Positions 59,746 to 64,000 of a stretch of DNA of 64,000 nt are shown here, one piece after another. A program made the position numbers and the translations under genes. Source of the DNA: Burkholderiales bacterium. Lineage in GTDB: Bacteria > Pseudomonadota > Gammaproteobacteria > Burkholderiales > SG8-41. The stretch spans positions 588 to 64,587 of the forward strand of contig DASWHI010000117.1 of NCBI GenBank assembly GCA_036398235.1. Reading direction: 5' to 3'. The notes under the pieces were generated by a model, which made no database searches, was not told the DNA's origin, and saw only the letters and a list, made by a program, of their open reading frames with translations. The stretch's first letter is position 1. The number at the start of each line of letters is the position of its first letter.

Positions 59746-60122
59746 TTCTCGGCATCGGCATCGATCTCGTAGAGCCCCAGCGCATCGCGCGGCTGCGGGA
59801 GAAGTACGGCGAGCGCTTTGCCCGGCGCGTGCTGACGCCGCTCGAGTGGCCGGTCTATGTCCAGTCCGCCAGACCGGTGCTGTTCCTCGCCAACCGGTTC
59901 GCGGCGAAGGAGGCCTTTTCCAAGGCGATGGGAACCGGCTTCCGCTACCCGGTGACGCTGCAGTGCATCAGCGTGGTCCAGGAGCGGTCGGGCAAACCCG
60001 GGTTCGCGTTTCACCCGAACCTGGAGCGGCTGGTCTTGAGTCGCGGCATCGTCAGGCATCACCTCACGATCAGTGACGAGATGAGCCTTGCCTGTGCCTG
60101 TGTGGTGCTGGAGGCGGAATGA
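59742..60122 (+). CDS. acpS: holo-[acyl-carrier-protein] synthase
   Basis: [11 protein letters not shown]...[10 protein letters not shown]. Confidence 0.92.
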   Translation: MILGIGIDLVEPQRIARLREKYGERFARRVLTPLEWPVYVQSARPVLFLANRFAAKEAFSKAMGTGFRYPVTLQCISVVQERSGKPGFAFHPNLERLVLSRGIVRHHLTISDEMSLACACVVLEAE

Positions 60123-61183
60123 CGGCGCGCAGCATCCCGCTCGGTCCCGTGATGCTCGATGTCGAAGGGACCCACCTCACCGACGCGGAGCGCAGGCGGC
60201 TCATCCATCCTCTGGCGGGCGGAGTGATCCTGTTCGGCCGCAACTACGCCGGCGCCGGGCAGCTCGCCACGCTGACCGAGGAGATCCACGCCCTGCGCAA
60301 CCCGCCGCTCGTCATCGCGGTCGATCACGAGGGCGGGCGGGTACAGCGTTTCCGCGACGGTTTCGCGGCGCTGCCTGCCATGCGCGAGCTCGGCTGGGCT
60401 TGGGACCATGGACAACAGCAGGCGCGGCAGCTGGCCCAGGAGGTGGGCTTCGTGCTCGCGGCCGAGCTGCTTGCGCACGGAGTGGACTTGAGCCTCGCGC
60501 CGGTGCTGGATATCGACCGCGGCGCAAGCAGCGTCATCGGCGACCGGGCATTCCATTCCGACCCGCGCGTGGTCGGGGAACTCGCGCGCGCGCTGCTCCA
60601 CGGATTCCGGCAGGCGGGCATGAACGGGGTCGGCAAGCACTTCCCGGGGCACGGGCACGTCGCGGCCGATTCGCACCACGAGGTGCCGGTCGACGAGCGG
60701 ACCTACGAGGCGATCGAGGCGGCGGACCTGGTGCCGTTCCGGCGCCTGATCGAGGCGGGGCTCGGCGGCATCATGCCCGCCCACGTGATCTATCCGAAGG
60801 TAGACGACCGTCCGGCAGGATACTCGTCAGTGTGGCTGAAGCATGTGCTGCGCGGCCGGCTCGGCTTCGACGGCGTGATCTTCAGCGATGATCTGAGCAT
60901 GGAAGGGGCCCGTATCGCGGGCGACGTGACGCAGCGCGCCCGGGCGGCGCTCGGCGCCGGCTGCGACATGGTTTTGTTATGCAACAGCCCGCAGGCGGTG
61001 GACGACCTGCTCGAGAACCTGGGTTATGCGATGCCGGCGGTAAGTCTCGCGCGGCTTGCCCGCATGCACGGCAAGCTGCTGCCGGGAGGCATGCCGAGGC
61101 TGTGCGAGGACGCACGCTACGCGCACGCGCTGCAGGCGGTCGCTGGACTCGCCAAGCGGGAGGGCGAGCTGCCTCTTGCCTGA
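60119..61183 (+). CDS. nagZ: beta-N-acetylhexosaminidase (peptidoglycan recycling)
   Basis: AVDHEGGRVQRF, KHFPGHG, and FSDDLSMEGA motifs. Confidence 0.92.
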   Translation: MTARSIPLGPVMLDVEGTHLTDAERRRLIHPLAGGVILFGRNYAGAGQLATLTEEIHALRNPPLVIAVDHEGGRVQRFRDGFAALPAMRELGWAWDHGQQQARQLAQEVGFVLAAELLAHGVDLSLAPVLDIDRGASSVIGDRAFHSDPRVVGELARALLHGFRQAGMNGVGKHFPGHGHVAADSHHEVPVDERTYEAIEAADLVPFRRLIEAGLGGIMPAHVIYPKVDDRPAGYSSVWLKHVLRGRLGFDGVIFSDDLSMEGARIAGDVTQRARAALGAGCDMVLLCNSPQAVDDLLENLGYAMPAVSLARLARMHGKLLPGGMPRLCEDARYAHALQAVAGLAKREGELPLA

Positions 61184-61227
61184 CGGCTACGGGCGCGCAT
61201 TCGCGCACGCAGCCTCGCCGCCGACGG

Positions 61228-61794
61228 CTATGCGCGGTCGATGTACTCGCCGGTATCCGTGTTGACGTTGATACGGCTGCCCCTCATGACGAACTGCGGC
61301 ACCATCACGGTGATGCCGGTGTCGGTCTTGGCGGGCTTGAAGGAACCGGTCGCGGTCGCGCCCCTGAGATTGGGCTCGGTTTCCGTCACGGTAAGCGTCA
61401 CGGTGGGGGGCAACTGCACGCCGATCGGGCGGTCGTTGTGAAAATTGACCTGCACATCGATGTTGGGAACGAGGTAGCCGGACTGCCCCTCGAGCAGCTC
61501 CTGCGGAAGCGAGAGCTGCTCGAAGGTCTCCTGGTCCATGAAGACGTAGCTCGATCCGTCGTTGTAGAGGTATTGCATGGAGCGCGGCTCGACATAGGCG
61601 CGTTCGATCTTGTCCTCGGTGCGGATGCGCTCGTTCCTCTTGGTGCCGGACTCGATGTCCTTCATCTCGACCTGCATGAAGGCGCCGCCGCGGCCGCCGA
61701 CGTGGACGTGATAGGACTTGAGAACGCGCCAGACGCGCTTGTCCCATTCGATCAGGTTGCCGGCGCGGATCTCGGTTGCCAGGACTTTCGCCAT
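61228..61794 (-). CDS. efp: translation elongation factor P
   Basis: An internal ATG at 61794 gives MAKVLATEIRAGNLIEWD...HVGGRGGAFMQVEMKD. Confidence 0.93.
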   Translation of the reverse strand: MAKVLATEIRAGNLIEWDKRVWRVLKSYHVHVGGRGGAFMQVEMKDIESGTKRNERIRTEDKIERAYVEPRSMQYLYNDGSSYVFMDQETFEQLSLPQELLEGQSGYLVPNIDVQVNFHNDRPIGVQLPPTVTLTVTETEPNLRGATATGSFKPAKTDTGITVMVPQFVMRGSRINVNTDTGEYIDRA

Positions 61795-61841
61795 TTCGAC
61801 ATACTCTCCGAAAAAAGCGCGTAATTTTATCAGGTCCCACC

Positions 61842-63641
61842 GTGTTCGACTCCGCCGCCGCCATCGCCAGCCTGCCACATCTGCCCGGCGTCTACCGCAT
61901 GGTGAGCGGCGCGGGCGAGGTGCTCTACGTCGGCAAGGCTCTCGATCTGAAGAAGCGGGTCGCCTCGTATTTCCAGAAGGCCGGTGGCGGGGGCTCGCCG
62001 CGCATCCAGCTGATGCTCGAGCAGGTGGCGGCCGTAGAGACGACCGTCACCCGCTCCGAGGCCGAGGCGCTGCTGCTCGAGAGCAACCTGATCAAGACGT
62101 GGGCGCCACGCTATAACATACTGTTTCGCGACGATAAATCCTATCCGTACTTGATGCTGAGCGGGCATCGTTTTCCACGCCTGGGATTCCACCGCGGCAG
62201 CCTCGACAAGCGCCACCGCTACTACGGGCCGTTTCCCAACGCGGGCGCGCTACGGGAGAGCATCCAGCTCCTGCAAAAAGCCTTCCGCATCCGCACCTGC
62301 GAGGACTCCGTATTCAGCAACCGGTCACGGCCGTGCCTGCTGCACCAGATCCGGCGCTGCACCGCGCCGTGCGTGGGTCTCGTCAGTGAAAGCGCCTACG
62401 CCGAAGACGTCGCCGCCGCCGCGCTATTTCTGGCGGGGAAAGAGGACGAGGTCATCGAGCGGCTGGCCGCGCGGATGAACGCCGCCTCGGAGCACATGCG
62501 TTACGAGGAAGCGGCCGCATATCGCGACCAGATCGCGGCGCTGCGCAAGGTGCGTGAAAAGCAGTTCGTGAGCGGGGGCGGCGAGGATACCGACGTGGTC
62601 GCGTGCGGCCGCGCCGGCGGCATCGTTTGCGTCAACCTGGCAATGATCCGGGGTGGACGGCATCTCGGCGATAAGAACTTCTACCCGCGCAACGCGGAGG
62701 GCTGCAGCCCGGAGCAGGTGCTGGAGGCGTTCGTGCTGCAGCATTACTCTCAGCACGGCGTGCCGCCCCAGATCGTGCTCGGGGCGGAGCTGGACGCGCG
62801 GTCCCTCGGGGATCTGCTCTCCGAACGTGCGGGCCACAAGGTGCAGATCACGGTCAAGCCTGCGGGCGCGCGCAGGGCATGGCTCGAGATGGCGGCAAGA
62901 AACGCCGAGCTCGGCGCCGGCCAGGCGCTGGGGTCGCTGGCGACCCAGGAGGCGCGCCTGGCGGCGCTGCAGCAGCTGCTCGAGCTGCCGGAATCGGCGC
63001 ACCGCATCGAATGCTTCGACGTGAGCCATACCATGGGCGAGGCGGCCGTTGCCGCGTGCGTTGTCTACGACGCGTCGGCGATGCAGAAAGGCGAGTACCG
63101 GCGCTTTAACATCGTCGTCAAGCCGGGCGACGACTACGCCGCGCTGCGCGATGCTCTGTCGCGCCGCTACCGCAGGATCGTGGCGGGCGAGGGCAGGGTG
63201 CCGGATCTCGTCCTGATCGACGGCGGCAAGGGACAGCTGGCGGTGGCCGCCGACGTCTTCGCGGAACTCGGATTGAGCGACGTCGCATTGGCCGCGGTCG
63301 CCAAAGGGCAAGCGCGCCGGCCGGGGGAGGAGCAGCTGCTCGTGGCGGGCCGCGCCGATGCGCTTGCACCGGGAGCCGATCATCCGGGTCTGCACCTGAT
63401 TCAGCAGATCCGCGACGAAGCGCACCGTTTTGCCATCCAGGGCCATCGCGCCCGCCGCGGCAAGGCTCGCAGCAGCTCGCCGCTGGAGAACATCGCGGGA
63501 GTCGGCGCCAAGCGCCGGCAAAAGCTGCTCGCCCGCTTCGGCGGCCTGCGCGGGCTGCAGGCCGCCAGCATGGACGAACTGGCCTCGATCGAGGGCATCG
63601 GCCGCGCGCTGGCCGAGAAGATCTATCGCGAGCTGCATTGA
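61842..63641 (+). CDS. uvrC: excinuclease ABC subunit C
   Basis: GVYRM..GAGEVLYVGKALDLKKRV GIY-YIG domain, a UVR domain, and a C-terminal HhH. GTG at 61842 is preferred because the track start at 61776 would overlap efp head to head. Confidence 0.92.
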   Translation: MFDSAAAIASLPHLPGVYRMVSGAGEVLYVGKALDLKKRVASYFQKAGGGGSPRIQLMLEQVAAVETTVTRSEAEALLLESNLIKTWAPRYNILFRDDKSYPYLMLSGHRFPRLGFHRGSLDKRHRYYGPFPNAGALRESIQLLQKAFRIRTCEDSVFSNRSRPCLLHQIRRCTAPCVGLVSESAYAEDVAAAALFLAGKEDEVIERLAARMNAASEHMRYEEAAAYRDQIAALRKVREKQFVSGGGEDTDVVACGRAGGIVCVNLAMIRGGRHLGDKNFYPRNAEGCSPEQVLEAFVLQHYSQHGVPPQIVLGAELDARSLGDLLSERAGHKVQITVKPAGARRAWLEMAARNAELGAGQALGSLATQEARLAALQQLLELPESAHRIECFDVSHTMGEAAVAACVVYDASAMQKGEYRRFNIVVKPGDDYAALRDALSRRYRRIVAGEGRVPDLVLIDGGKGQLAVAADVFAELGLSDVALAAVAKGQARRPGEEQLLVAGRADALAPGADHPGLHLIQQIRDEAHRFAIQGHRARRGKARSSSPLENIAGVGAKRRQKLLARFGGLRGLQAASMDELASIEGIGRALAEKIYRELH

Positions 63642-63662
63642 AGAAATAGGCGATAATCGGCA

Positions 63663-64000
63663 ATGCCGCTCAACCTGCCCAACCTGCTCACCTGGCTCAG
63701 GATCGTCCTCATCCCGCTGTTCGTCGGCATCTTCTACTTCGAGAAGAGCTGGGTGTCCGTGCCCAATCAGAATCTGGTGGCGACCATCATCTTTACTGCT
63801 GCGGCCATCACCGATTGGCTCGACGGCTGGCTCGCGCGCAAGCTCAACCAGACCTCCGCCTTCGGCGCCTTTCTCGATCCGGTCGCGGACAAGCTGATGG
63901 TGGCGGCGGCACTGATCATCCTGGTGCAGCTCGAGCGCGTGGACGCGATCATCGCTCTCATCATCATCGGACGCGAGGTCGCGGTCTCGGCACTGCGGGA
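63663..64000 (+). CDS. pgsA: CDP-diacylglycerol--glycerol-3-phosphate 3-phosphatidyltransferase (3' end outside the window)
   Basis: MPLNLPNLLTWLRIVLIPLF...TDWLDGWLARKLNQTSAFGAFLDPVADK matches the CDP-alcohol transferase motif. Confidence 0.9.
   Translation, partial: MPLNLPNLLTWLRIVLIPLFVGIFYFEKSWVSVPNQNLVATIIFTAAAITDWLDGWLARKLNQTSAFGAFLDPVADKLMVAAALIILVQLERVDAIIALIIIGREVAVSALR

Overview
High-GC proteobacterial chromosome segment. The synteny looks Betaproteobacteria-like, but I cannot confirm taxonomy without a search. Almost all of the window is conserved housekeeping core: dapD-queF; smc-zipA-ligA; galU-hpt-MTA phosphorylase-def; glnD-map; the rpsB-tsf-pyrH-frr-uppS-cdsA-dxr-rseP-bamA-skp-lpxD-fabZ-lpxA-lpxB-rnhB cluster; ppsR/ppsA; pyrG-kdsA-eno-ftsB-folD; a 1176-aa multidomain Fe-S flavoprotein; an aminotransferase and a fused betaine-type ABC component; rpoE-rseA-rseB-degP; lepA-lepB-DUF4845-rnc-era-recO-pdxJ-acpS-nagZ; efp; uvrC; pgsA. 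The one clearly accessory region is a ~4.2-kb insertion (about 30787-35016) that splits the normally divergent ppsR/ppsA pair. It is bracketed by a perfect 27-bp direct repeat that duplicates the ppsR start codon. The insertion carries a MazF/PemK-type toxin with a small antitoxin. It also carries a second, ~296-bp diverged copy of that module whose toxin is cut after 21 codons and fused to an IS3-type transposase tail. Between these lies an atypical RHS-core protein: two tandem 222-aa repeats of an unrecognised domain, an Ig-like domain, the RHS core ending in DPFGL, and a 107-aa cysteine-rich C-terminal domain I do not recognise. Two small cytoplasmic ORFs follow, one a candidate immunity protein and one DUF2513-like. 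This polymorphic-toxin-like cassette is my best candidate for an undescribed system, but the RHS ORF looks 5'-truncated, so it may be a decaying remnant. Three families of small structured intergenic repeats are also present: a 299-bp foldback element between rseP and bamA, a 108-bp CTAG-ended TIR element in two copies, and a ~105-bp multi-hairpin element in two copies. Many long antisense ORFs in the track are high-GC artefacts. All homology calls come from reading the translations; no database search was possible.
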